Source: Desulfatiglandales bacterium (lineage in GTDB: Bacteria; Desulfobacterota; DSM-4660; Desulfatiglandales; Desulfatiglandaceae). Taken from it: DNA of 64,000 bases. The notes beneath the pieces were generated by a model that ran no database searches, had not been told where the DNA came from, and was given only the letters and a program-made list of their open reading frames with translations. Location: NCBI GenBank assembly GCA_963662465.1, contig OY759599.1, forward strand, positions 6,016,001 through 6,080,000. Reading direction: 5' to 3'. Shown one piece after another: positions 1-8,496 of this stretch. Position numbers and translations under genes: made by a program. Each line of letters opens with the position of its first letter. The first letter of the stretch is position 1.

Positions 1-773
1 GAAAATTTAAAGATCCCGATAACCAGTTCCTTAACCTTGGTAATATCCACTCGCAGGAGGTAGCGCATGAGCATGCCGGTAAAACCAAGGGAGAGAATGA
101 GGAAGAGTGGAAAATAATCGGCTGGGAGCGACAAATAACGCATCTGGGAATAAAGAATTCTTCTAAGCAGCAGCCACGTGACCGCCGCCATAAGCAACAT
201 ATCCGTCAGATAAACCCCGGGCAGCCCAAAGCCGTTAAAGGGCGCGGCGCCCATCTGCATGAAACCATCAAGACTTTCAAGTACAAAAACAAAGCCGGGA
301 ACCGGTTCCATAAAAAAGCGAAAATGCCTAAGAAAAATCACGAGAAACGAATAATGGAAAAGGAGCGCGGCAACCCAGAGCCATTTTTCCCACTCGTAGT
401 TGATTCTTGGCGCGCCATCAACCTGAGCGTATTCCAGCCGGGTATTGCGGAACAGAGATCGAAAGGTGAGAACCTCGAAAAGCATCCTCACCACCACGCC
501 GCCCGTGCCTTTGGGATTGTCAATGGGGTTGCTCTTGATCCAGGGGAAAGACCATTGCTGACCCGCCGTAGTGGGGATCCGGTAAGGAACAGGCGATCGC
601 CCCCAATCCAGAACACGCACGATGATGCCCACAATGAAGGTGGCCAGGGCCGCATAGGGAATGACAACCCCGAAGAGCGTCTTTAAATCCAGGGCGCCGA
701 CACCAATCCATGGAATCAAAACCACGACCATCACCGCGAAGCATGAAAACAGAATACTCAATACAAAATTCAT
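1..773 (-). CDS. dsrM: DsrM, cytochrome b-like membrane subunit of DsrMKJOP (3' part runs off the window)
   Basis: Manual translation from ATG at 773 (GAGGT RBS upstream): MNFVLSILFSCFAVMVVVLIPWIG...WGRSPVPYRIPTTAGQQWSFPWIKSNPIDNP...RMLFEVLTFRSLFRNT, typical DsrM motifs; lies directly downstream of dsrT. Confidence 0.85.
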   Translation of the reverse strand, partial: MNFVLSILFSCFAVMVVVLIPWIGVGALDLKTLFGVVIPYAALATFIVGIIVRVLDWGRSPVPYRIPTTAGQQWSFPWIKSNPIDNPKGTGGVVVRMLFEVLTFRSLFRNTRLEYAQVDGAPRINYEWEKWLWVAALLFHYSFLVIFLRHFRFFMEPVPGFVFVLESLDGFMQMGAAPFNGFGLPGVYLTDMLLMAAVTWLLLRRILYSQMRYLSLPADYFPLFLILSLGFTGMLMRYLLRVDITKVKELVIGIFKF

Positions 774-839
774 AGACGATTACCTCATTTCCAAAAATCA
801 AAAAACTGCCCCAGTATTGCCAATTCAGATTCCTAAACG

Positions 840-1340
840 CTATTGCTCCGGAATCTCTTTAACAAGATTTGCCCGCTGCATTAACCGGCCAAACTCATTT
901 TTGACTTCATTCACACGAATGTCGAATAACTGCTGGCGACACTGCGAATAGACGTCAAAAGCCAGGAGTGCAACTGCATCGACCCTGTCTTCAAGCATAT
1001 GCCGTTCAGTAGAATAGCCGTCCCCGAGCGTTTCCCTCAGAATAGCCTTTAACCGAAGGACAAACCCTACAGCATGGGAAGGCTTAAAGTCCTGTACCGC
1101 CCTGATTCGGATGATTTTATCAAGGGAAGAAAGAATTTTCTCCTTATCATCCCCTTTAACCAGTTCATCGAAGAGTATTTCAACGTCTTTTGTTATAATT
1201 AACCCGACCGGGTTGGCAAACTGACTCTTTTCTTTCTTAAGAAATTTCTGGGTTTCTTTCGGATAGGTAGCAATAATGACTTCCTGCCACTTGCGGACGA
1301 TGGTGGATCGGTTTTCTGAAAGGATGCTATCCAAACTCAT
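840..1340 (-). CDS. dsrT: DsrT (RsbRD_N-domain protein preceding dsrMKJOP)
   Basis: MSLDSILSENRSTIVRKW...TYP..TQKFLKKEKSQFANPVG...IIRIRAVQDFKPSHAV; position upstream of dsrM; start taken at the internal ATG. Confidence 0.8.
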   Translation of the reverse strand: MSLDSILSENRSTIVRKWQEVIIATYPKETQKFLKKEKSQFANPVGLIITKDVEILFDELVKGDDKEKILSSLDKIIRIRAVQDFKPSHAVGFVLRLKAILRETLGDGYSTERHMLEDRVDAVALLAFDVYSQCRQQLFDIRVNEVKNEFGRLMQRANLVKEIPEQ

Positions 1341-1485
1341 AATTATTAATGTTAGTTTCCAAAGGCCGGAAGCTATACTTCTCCCCAAGATTTTTTGTTA
1401 CGGGAACCTATACAAAATACTCTTTTCATGTCAAGGAAAAAATCGATGCTTGCCAATGGATTGTTTTGACATTAGACTCATTTCC

Positions 1486-2805
1486 ATGAAATGGGCCGGG
1501 AATAAAACAATTTTTGGATGGGCCATGTACGATTGGGCCAATTCAGCCTTTGCCACTACCGTGATGGCTGGCTTTTTTCCTGTTTTTTTTAAGCAGTACT
1601 GGAGCATCAATGCTGACGCCACGATCAGCACCGCGCGTTTGGGCCTTGGCAATTCCATTGCCGGGGTGGTGGTGGCGCTCTCAGCGCCCATTCTTGGCGC
1701 CATTGCCGATAAAGGCGGAACCAGAAAGAAATTTCTTCTGTTTTTTGCGGTGATGGGCATCATCATGACCATAGGCCTATACCTGGTTTCCCGGGGAAAC
1801 TGGTCCATGGCGCTTCTGCTCTACGTTTTGGCTACGGTGGGTTTTTCAGGGGGAAACATTTTTTATGATGCATTAATCACCGGCATTACAACCGATGATA
1901 AAATCGATATGGTTTCATCCCTGGGATTTTCCATGGGGTATCTGGGAGGGGGGGGCCTTTTCGCCGTCAATGTATGGATGACCCTTCGCCCTGAGATTTT
2001 TGGATTTTCAAACGCGGGAGAAGCGGTTCAGTTTTCTTTTCTGATGGTGGGTATCTGGTGGGCAATATTCTCTATCCCCATCTTTCTCTTTGTCAAAGAA
2101 CCTGAGGGAACCGCCGCCGGAGTTCATGATGATAACATGGTCAAAGCCGGATTTCACCAGCTCAGACAAATCTTTCGAGAAGTGCGACACCTGAAAACCA
2201 TTTTCCTTTTCCTCCTGGCTTACTGGCTCTATATTGATGGCGTCAATACGATCATTCGCATGGCGGTGGACTACGGTATTTCCATAGGATTGGACACCAG
2301 GGACCTTATTTTAGCGTTGTTAATGACCCAATTCGTTGGTTTTCCCTCCGCCATCGGTTTTGGCTTCCTGGGGCGGAAATTTGGCACAAAGCCCGCCATC
2401 TTTGCGGCTATCGCTGTTTACCTGTTTGTGTCTGTTTGGGCTGCTTTCATGAAAAACTGTGTGGAGTTCTATGTGTTGGCCATCATCGTTGGACTGGTTC
2501 AGGGGGGGATTCAGGCACTAAGCCGTTCCTATTTTGCAAAACTAATCCCCGTGGTAAAATCCGCGGAGTACTTCGGTTTCTACAATATGGTGGGCAAGTT
2601 TTCCGCCATCATCGGACCTGTTTTCATGGGAGGGGTCGGACTTTTTATAAAATCCCTGGGATACAACAGCCAAACGGCCTCCAGAATCAGCATTTCATCC
2701 GTCGCTCTTTTCTTCATTGCAGGCGGCGCCCTCCTCTACTTTGTCAATGAAGAAAGCGGGAAAAGGGAGTTGGCATATCTCTCTGACGGCAAGGTCCAAT
2801 CATAG
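1486..2805 (+). CDS. MFS transporter (UMF1/BtlA/Atg22-like)
   Basis: WAMYDWANSAF N-terminal motif, about 12 hydrophobic segments, QALSRS..F motif. Confidence 0.85.
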   Translation: MKWAGNKTIFGWAMYDWANSAFATTVMAGFFPVFFKQYWSINADATISTARLGLGNSIAGVVVALSAPILGAIADKGGTRKKFLLFFAVMGIIMTIGLYLVSRGNWSMALLLYVLATVGFSGGNIFYDALITGITTDDKIDMVSSLGFSMGYLGGGGLFAVNVWMTLRPEIFGFSNAGEAVQFSFLMVGIWWAIFSIPIFLFVKEPEGTAAGVHDDNMVKAGFHQLRQIFREVRHLKTIFLFLLAYWLYIDGVNTIIRMAVDYGISIGLDTRDLILALLMTQFVGFPSAIGFGFLGRKFGTKPAIFAAIAVYLFVSVWAAFMKNCVEFYVLAIIVGLVQGGIQALSRSYFAKLIPVVKSAEYFGFYNMVGKFSAIIGPVFMGGVGLFIKSLGYNSQTASRISISSVALFFIAGGALLYFVNEESGKRELAYLSDGKVQS

Positions 2806-2822
2806 ATTGTTAACCATCTCCT

Positions 2823-4616
2823 TTATTTCCCCAACGTCTGCCTCATTCGTTTGACCATTTCGCCGCTTCGAACATATACCTCAATCCGCAGTAATTTTTC
2901 CTCCACCCCCTTTTTATTGATAAACAAAACCGTTGGAACGCCTCGAATATGGTATCGTTTTTGAAGGATATCCTGATGCGGATGTCGCTTTGTCAAATCC
3001 ACCCTGAGATTCACGAATTGATCACTCAGCGTCACCACTTCAGGATCTGAAAACACATCTTTTTCCAGGGCCCGACAGGGACTGCACCAGTCCGCATAAA
3101 AATCCAGCATCACGGGCCTTTTTTCCTCGGTTGCGGCTGCCAGACGCTCAGGGGTGTAGGACAGCCATTGCACCCCCGGTCCATGGCGCACGCCAAAGGG
3201 CGAGGACCAGAATACAATAGCCGACACTATCAGCAAAATTCCAACGCCTTTTCTAATGGTGGAGAAGGGCCGCTGATTCTTTCCTTCCTTATCAAGAAAA
3301 CCCAAATGCAAACCGGCTGCCGCCATGACCACGGCAAAGAGGCTTGACCTGGAAACAGCGGGAATCAAGGGCAAGAGCAAATACCCGGCCATGCCCACAA
3401 GAACCCACCCAAGGGATTTACGAATCCAGACCATCCATGTTCCCGACATGGGCAGTTTATCCGCCGCCCCCGAAAATACCGCCAGAACCGCCAGGGGAAG
3501 CCCCATGCCGATACTTAACACAAAGAAATAGAGAAACCCCAGGAACGGGTCCCCCTTCTGCCCCACATAGGTCAGAAGTCCGAGAATAAAGGGGCCCAGA
3601 CAGGGGGCCGCCACAATGCCCAGGGTCAACCCCATAAAAAGAGTCCCGAAATATCCCCCAAAATTTTTGGCGGCCATGTTCGTAAGGCCCGCGGGGATTC
3701 GCAGTTCCCAGAAACCGAAAAAGCTGAACGCCAATGCCATCAGTATCCCGGCCACCAACATCAGCACAATGGGGCTCTGCAGGGCTGATCCCAGCATACC
3801 ACCCGAAAGGGCGGCGACTACACCCAGCACCGAATTGGTAATGGCAAGCCCCAATATATAAAAAATACCGTGGACCAGGGGGATACCTCCCATGCGCCCC
3901 CCTTGTCCTCCAAAATAGGACACCGTAATGGGAATGAGGGGATAAACGCAAGGGGTTAAATTCAACGCAAGCCCACCCAGAAAAATTCCCAAAAGGGTCA
4001 ACCACAGCCCCGCGCCGGCTTTCCATCCACCCTCTACCGGCGCGGAAGCAGGAGTAGATTCAACAGATTTGAATGTTTCCGGGTTGATGGGCTTGCCAGG
4101 GTTTCCAGGCGCCGCCACAGTCACGACAAAGGCAAAGGGAACCGTTTCAGGCGGCAAACAGGCCGTCGCCGAACAGGCCTGAAAAGAAAGCTGACCCTTG
4201 ACCTTTTGTTTCCCTTCCGGGGTGCCCTTTAAAACGGCGAGTTTTGCCCGTACCATGATCTCGCCCCCAAAAACAGCCACCGGTTCATTCATATACGGAA
4301 ATCGCTTTTCCAGGGTCGGAGGAAACTGAATATCCTCAATTTTTATCGCGGAAGATTCCAAAAAACGGAGATGGGTGGGAAACAGGTTCTCCGAACTTTT
4401 TAGGGGACCATGCAGGAACCATGGCAATTGAATTCGAATGCGAAACGAAACCGGATACGTATCTCCTGCCTCATACGCATCTTGGGATTGCACCGTATCG
4501 ATTGAAGCTGTAGCGGACCAGGCATTCAAAGAAAAAAACAGCGGCAAAAGAAAAACAAAAAGGCATAGCATTCCGAAAGAAGAAAACAACTTCACCTTTT
4601 TTCCGAATCCAAACAT
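2823..4616 (-). CDS. dsbD: DsbD-like thiol:disulfide interchange protein (N-terminal Ig-like, CcdA-type TM domain, thioredoxin domain)
   Basis: QACSATACLPP, LNLTPCVYP, AAPCLGP, DFYADWCSPC motifs. Confidence 0.85.
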   Translation of the reverse strand: MFGFGKKVKLFSSFGMLCLFVFLLPLFFSLNAWSATASIDTVQSQDAYEAGDTYPVSFRIRIQLPWFLHGPLKSSENLFPTHLRFLESSAIKIEDIQFPPTLEKRFPYMNEPVAVFGGEIMVRAKLAVLKGTPEGKQKVKGQLSFQACSATACLPPETVPFAFVVTVAAPGNPGKPINPETFKSVESTPASAPVEGGWKAGAGLWLTLLGIFLGGLALNLTPCVYPLIPITVSYFGGQGGRMGGIPLVHGIFYILGLAITNSVLGVVAALSGGMLGSALQSPIVLMLVAGILMALAFSFFGFWELRIPAGLTNMAAKNFGGYFGTLFMGLTLGIVAAPCLGPFILGLLTYVGQKGDPFLGFLYFFVLSIGMGLPLAVLAVFSGAADKLPMSGTWMVWIRKSLGWVLVGMAGYLLLPLIPAVSRSSLFAVVMAAAGLHLGFLDKEGKNQRPFSTIRKGVGILLIVSAIVFWSSPFGVRHGPGVQWLSYTPERLAAATEEKRPVMLDFYADWCSPCRALEKDVFSDPEVVTLSDQFVNLRVDLTKRHPHQDILQKRYHIRGVPTVLFINKKGVEEKLLRIEVYVRSGEMVKRMRQTLGK

Positions 4617-4781
4617 TTAGGTTACCTCGACCAAACGCCCTTATAAAGAGATGGAAAAGCGAAAAACCTCCGACGGATTTCATGGTTTCCCATAAAGATA
4701 CAAAAAATTAACAATGGTTACATGATATCAATTTTTGCGACATAAACATGTGGCTTGACAATTTTATTTTCTTGTTTCCTA

Positions 4782-5246
4782 TCAAAGATTTTCGTTTAAA
4801 ACCGTAATCACTTCCGCCTTTCTGAGTACTTTGCCCTCATCCTGATTCACGTAGCCGTTTTTAACAATTTCGAGGATTGTTTCGTTTTCCAGCGTTTCTG
4901 AACTCCTGGTATCCACCACCTTGCAGGAATCCATGCCGGCCCGGCTATCGGGAAATTCTATTTTGACGACGCCGTTAACCTTGAGCAGCCGGACAAGCTT
5001 TTTCCGGATGGAACGGACGTTCTTCACCAGCCGACGGGACGTCTTGTCCATTCCATCCTCCTTGGCCTTGATTGTTCCTTCCAGATTTTCAAATGCGTCC
5101 AGAACTTCAAAAAGGCCGGAGAAAAGTTCTCTCTCTCTGGCGTGAAACACGCCCGCCTGTTCTTTCAAGGCATGAGAAAGATCTGCAATCTTCAACTGAA
5201 ACTCAATTAGTTTTTTCCGCAGAAAATCCTTTTTTTCTTTCATCAT
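4782..5246 (-). CDS. GrpE-like nucleotide exchange factor (accessory operon)
   Basis: N-terminal coiled coil, LFEVLDAFENL, C-terminal ILEIVKNGY...VLRKAEVITV resembling the GrpE beta domain; ATGA overlap with upstream gene. Confidence 0.7.
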   Translation of the reverse strand: MMKEKKDFLRKKLIEFQLKIADLSHALKEQAGVFHARERELFSGLFEVLDAFENLEGTIKAKEDGMDKTSRRLVKNVRSIRKKLVRLLKVNGVVKIEFPDSRAGMDSCKVVDTRSSETLENETILEIVKNGYVNQDEGKVLRKAEVITVLNENL

Positions 5247-5512
5247 GACTCATCAAAAATAGAAAGCCTTTTTAAATCGGATAATTGCGGTGCCTCCGGA
5301 CGCTCAAACGTTACCGTTTTCATGAAAGGTTTCAAGTCCATAAATTGCAGGTATTGATGGGCGGCGCCGGAAATAGGGTCCAAGAGGTCCCTCTGGGCCA
5401 TGGCAATTTCTCTTGCGCTGTATTGCCGCTTTCTGAGCGCAAGGGCCGCAGCCCGAACGATATCCCTTTTTTCAATGCCGGCATCGATATCCAGTATTTT
5501 GTACAGGTTCAT
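5243..5512 (-). CDS. Small J-domain-like protein lacking the HPD motif
   Basis: NLYKILDI...DIVRA...EIAMAQRDLLDP..AAHQY matches J-domain helices I, II, III, IV; no HPD; overlaps both neighbours by 4 nt. Confidence 0.55.
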   Translation of the reverse strand: MNLYKILDIDAGIEKRDIVRAAALALRKRQYSAREIAMAQRDLLDPISGAAHQYLQFMDLKPFMKTVTFERPEAPQLSDLKRLSIFDES

Positions 5513-7572
5513 TCCAAATCTTCCCCTTCCAGTTCGTCGATCTTTTTTTCGATATCATAAAGAAGATCATGGTCATCATCCACTTTTAAAATCCATTTAT
5601 AGATATCTTCGAGAAAATAAATCTTCTCACTTTTCGAACTCAATTCTTCGTCCATATCTTCAATATTTCTTTTAAAAAACTCAAAGAACGCTTCCCGAAC
5701 CACATCCGAATCTGATTCATTGACAATTTTACAAGCCATGTTCATCTTGTGGCGGCTCAAGGCCTTTCCGAGGGCCATCATCTCAAGGTTCGATTCCGCA
5801 TCCCTCAACAGGCCCCGGGCATGTTCGTTTTCAGGGTTGATGGCAAGTGCATTTTTGAGCTGCATGGAAAGCACTTTGTCATTGATCAGGTTTTGGGAAG
5901 CCATTTCAACGGCCCGTCGACTCATGATAAGGGACAGCGCTTTTGCCGACTCATCCGACGGTCTCCGGTTATGAATGTCCATGAGGGCCTCCTCAAATCG
6001 TTGGAGTACATTCACGTCTACAGCATCCAGCGCCTCTGCAATGAATTGCTTCTCATATCGGGTCGCTGTTTCAAAAAGAATGGCCATGCTGTCCGAATAT
6101 CCATCCGGCGGTCTGGTTCCACGTTTTATGCACGAAAGCCCATAAGCAAAGAGAACCCTGCTCCTGGCGTAATCTGTGAATTCATCGCCGCTTTCGTCAG
6201 GGACAAGGGTTTGAACCGCCTTTTTATATTCCCCGCCCACCAGATGAAAAAAGCTTTCCCACGCCGGCGAATAACAACACCCGGTCCTCAGGTAATCTTC
6301 CCTGTTCTTGAAAAAACGCCTGTTTTTCCGAACAAGCGCCAGCAGCTCGGCGGACTTCCCCATTTGCGCGGCCAGGCGGGGCATCAAAATCGGCAAACCG
6401 ACTTTTTCCCGTTCCCGCACCAGGCCATGAATTTCCGATGCCACCGCCCTTTCCAGGGACCATTGGGCAAAAATCTTTTCCGTCGTTTCCTGATCCGGTT
6501 GGGCACTCCCCTGTAAGAGATTCTCGGCCCAATCCATTAACAGATTGCGCACCCCATCACATTTTTGGTTTTCGGAAAATCGGGATTCAAAGTCTTCGGA
6601 ATAGACGGCTGAAGGCCAAAACATGGAAAGATCTTCCCACGTCCCTGATATTTCGGTTTGTTTGAAACACACCTTGGCGTAAAGCTGAAGCAATGCCGGC
6701 GTCATTTCCAAGGAATTCCGGTTCAGCAATTCCCGAATGCCGTCATAATCTTCATTTTTCCACATTTCCCCCATCCAGGCGAACATGGATTGTTCAACCG
6801 CCTGGGAAAGCCCTGGGTACTCATATCCAGCATCCATCAGGTATTTCCCTTCCTTGAAAACCCTTTCCGGGGTCTCGCGCCCTTCAAAGGCAACCCAAAG
6901 ATCCGAAATCAGCAAGGCCGCCACCAGCGACTTCTGTTCCAGGAAACCTTCATCCCGGGATGGAATATTGTCCCATGTCTTCAGACATTCGTAGTATCTT
7001 CCGGTTTTGGCCAGAGAAAATCCAAAATCATACAAATGCCCCGGTTCCACCAAGGTCATCTGCTCAAAGGCTGAAACAGCTTCAGCATAAGCTTCCCCCT
7101 TGACCAGACATGTCGCTTTTCCAAGGAGCATGTTTTTATTTTCATTGGCCACAAAAGCACGGCCATAAAGCGCGGCGGCATTCCGGTAGTCACAAGCCGC
7201 CTCCGCATCTTTCGCAGCCTGACGCACGTCAATCTCCAACACGACATTTTGAAGCTGCTCAATCTTCTTTCTGATCCAGTCTTCCCCCAATACCCCATAG
7301 GCCTCTTCAAAACACTTGACCGCGCTTCCCGGATTACCGCCTTTTTCAATTTTTCTGGCTCTCTTAAGCAGTTCCCGAGCATTTTGCTTTTGGATCTCCT
7401 GGTCGCATATCTCAATTTTTTTCAACAGGTCTTTTTGTCCGGCCAGTGTCCCTAATTTCTCAAATTCCTTTTTGGCCAGGAGATAGTTCCCTTTTTGAAA
7501 AAACATCTCCCCCTTTTTCAAAATGGTTGCCGGGTCTTGCCCCAGACCCTGTTTTTTCTTTTTTTTGCCCAT
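5509..7572 (-). CDS. Large alpha-helical TPR-repeat protein
   Basis: 687-aa ORF with TPR-like motifs (KGEMFFQKGNYLLAKKEFEK; GKATCLVKGEAYAEAVSAFE; LKNALAINPENEHAR). Confidence 0.7.
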   Translation of the reverse strand: MGKKKKKQGLGQDPATILKKGEMFFQKGNYLLAKKEFEKLGTLAGQKDLLKKIEICDQEIQKQNARELLKRARKIEKGGNPGSAVKCFEEAYGVLGEDWIRKKIEQLQNVVLEIDVRQAAKDAEAACDYRNAAALYGRAFVANENKNMLLGKATCLVKGEAYAEAVSAFEQMTLVEPGHLYDFGFSLAKTGRYYECLKTWDNIPSRDEGFLEQKSLVAALLISDLWVAFEGRETPERVFKEGKYLMDAGYEYPGLSQAVEQSMFAWMGEMWKNEDYDGIRELLNRNSLEMTPALLQLYAKVCFKQTEISGTWEDLSMFWPSAVYSEDFESRFSENQKCDGVRNLLMDWAENLLQGSAQPDQETTEKIFAQWSLERAVASEIHGLVREREKVGLPILMPRLAAQMGKSAELLALVRKNRRFFKNREDYLRTGCCYSPAWESFFHLVGGEYKKAVQTLVPDESGDEFTDYARSRVLFAYGLSCIKRGTRPPDGYSDSMAILFETATRYEKQFIAEALDAVDVNVLQRFEEALMDIHNRRPSDESAKALSLIMSRRAVEMASQNLINDKVLSMQLKNALAINPENEHARGLLRDAESNLEMMALGKALSRHKMNMACKIVNESDSDVVREAFFEFFKRNIEDMDEELSSKSEKIYFLEDIYKWILKVDDDHDLLYDIEKKIDELEGEDLE

Positions 7573-7650
7573 GGATATTGATATCCTTTTCTTTGAAAAC
7601 CTTTTTTCGACCCCAGTCCTAATTTGGAAGCTTTATTCCAAACCGAAACG

Positions 7651-8496
7651 TCACTCCAATTCAACCTCGATCCGCTCACCGGGTTTTAGCGTTATATGGG
7701 GATTGACGTCCCGTATCCGTTTCGTTGTTCCCTCGGGGCCATAAAATTTCATGGCAATCCCTTCAAGGCTGTCGCTCGCAACCACCCTGTAACCATACCA
7801 TACCTTTTTTCCGGCAATACGGATGATCCTGTGATACAAATGTTTAGCCTCAGCGGCATCTCTGAATATCTTCAGCCGTCTTCCCTTTTCCAGATTGTAC
7901 ACGCCTAGCCCGGGATTCAATTCCATCAGCACGGGAAAATAAAATCCGCGGCCATAACATTTTTTGGAAATTCGCCACAACGTCTCATCCCCGGATGCTT
8001 CATAATCGGTGAAAATTTCCGTTTTCGCGATACCATCCGACGTATCCTTAAAATCGGAAGATCCGGCTTCCTTTTTGGGGTCATTCTCGAAAGAAAAACC
8101 GAATTCAGCAAAAGCCGATGAATCCATAACACCGTAATTTACAATAGTTTTAACGGGAACCTTGATACCCATGGGCAAGGCGTGCAAAACAACTGGAGGA
8201 GGTGATTTGGACTGATGGGTTTGGCTGAGAAACAGACCCGCTCCCAAACCAAAGAGCAAAAGAAAACCGGCGCACAGGAACGGATAACGGAAGACGGAAG
8301 ACGGACGGCGAACCTCTATTGTCTGTCCTCTGTCTTCCGTCCTTCGTCCTCCGTCTTCCGATACCGACACCGCCTCATCCGGAATAGCGTCCAAGACCCT
8401 GAAGCAGGTTAGATCCGCATCACACTGGGGACATTCGGCGACTTCGTCTGAAACCAGATGAAATCCGCATATGGGACATGGTTTGTCGGATGCCAC
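7651..8496 (-). CDS. Zn-ribbon + single TM + two LysM domain protein
   Basis: CPICG...CPQCD at N-terminus, hydrophobic FLCAGFLLLFGLGAGLFL, two LysM-like units (GDETLWRISKKCYG..LMELNP; YRVVASDSLEGIAMKFYG..IRDVNP..LKPGERI); GTG start abuts the Hsp70 stop. Confidence 0.7.
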   Translation of the reverse strand: MASDKPCPICGFHLVSDEVAECPQCDADLTCFRVLDAIPDEAVSVSEDGGRRTEDRGQTIEVRRPSSVFRYPFLCAGFLLLFGLGAGLFLSQTHQSKSPPPVVLHALPMGIKVPVKTIVNYGVMDSSAFAEFGFSFENDPKKEAGSSDFKDTSDGIAKTEIFTDYEASGDETLWRISKKCYGRGFYFPVLMELNPGLGVYNLEKGRRLKIFRDAAEAKHLYHRIIRIAGKKVWYGYRVVASDSLEGIAMKFYGPEGTTKRIRDVNPHITLKPGERIEVELE

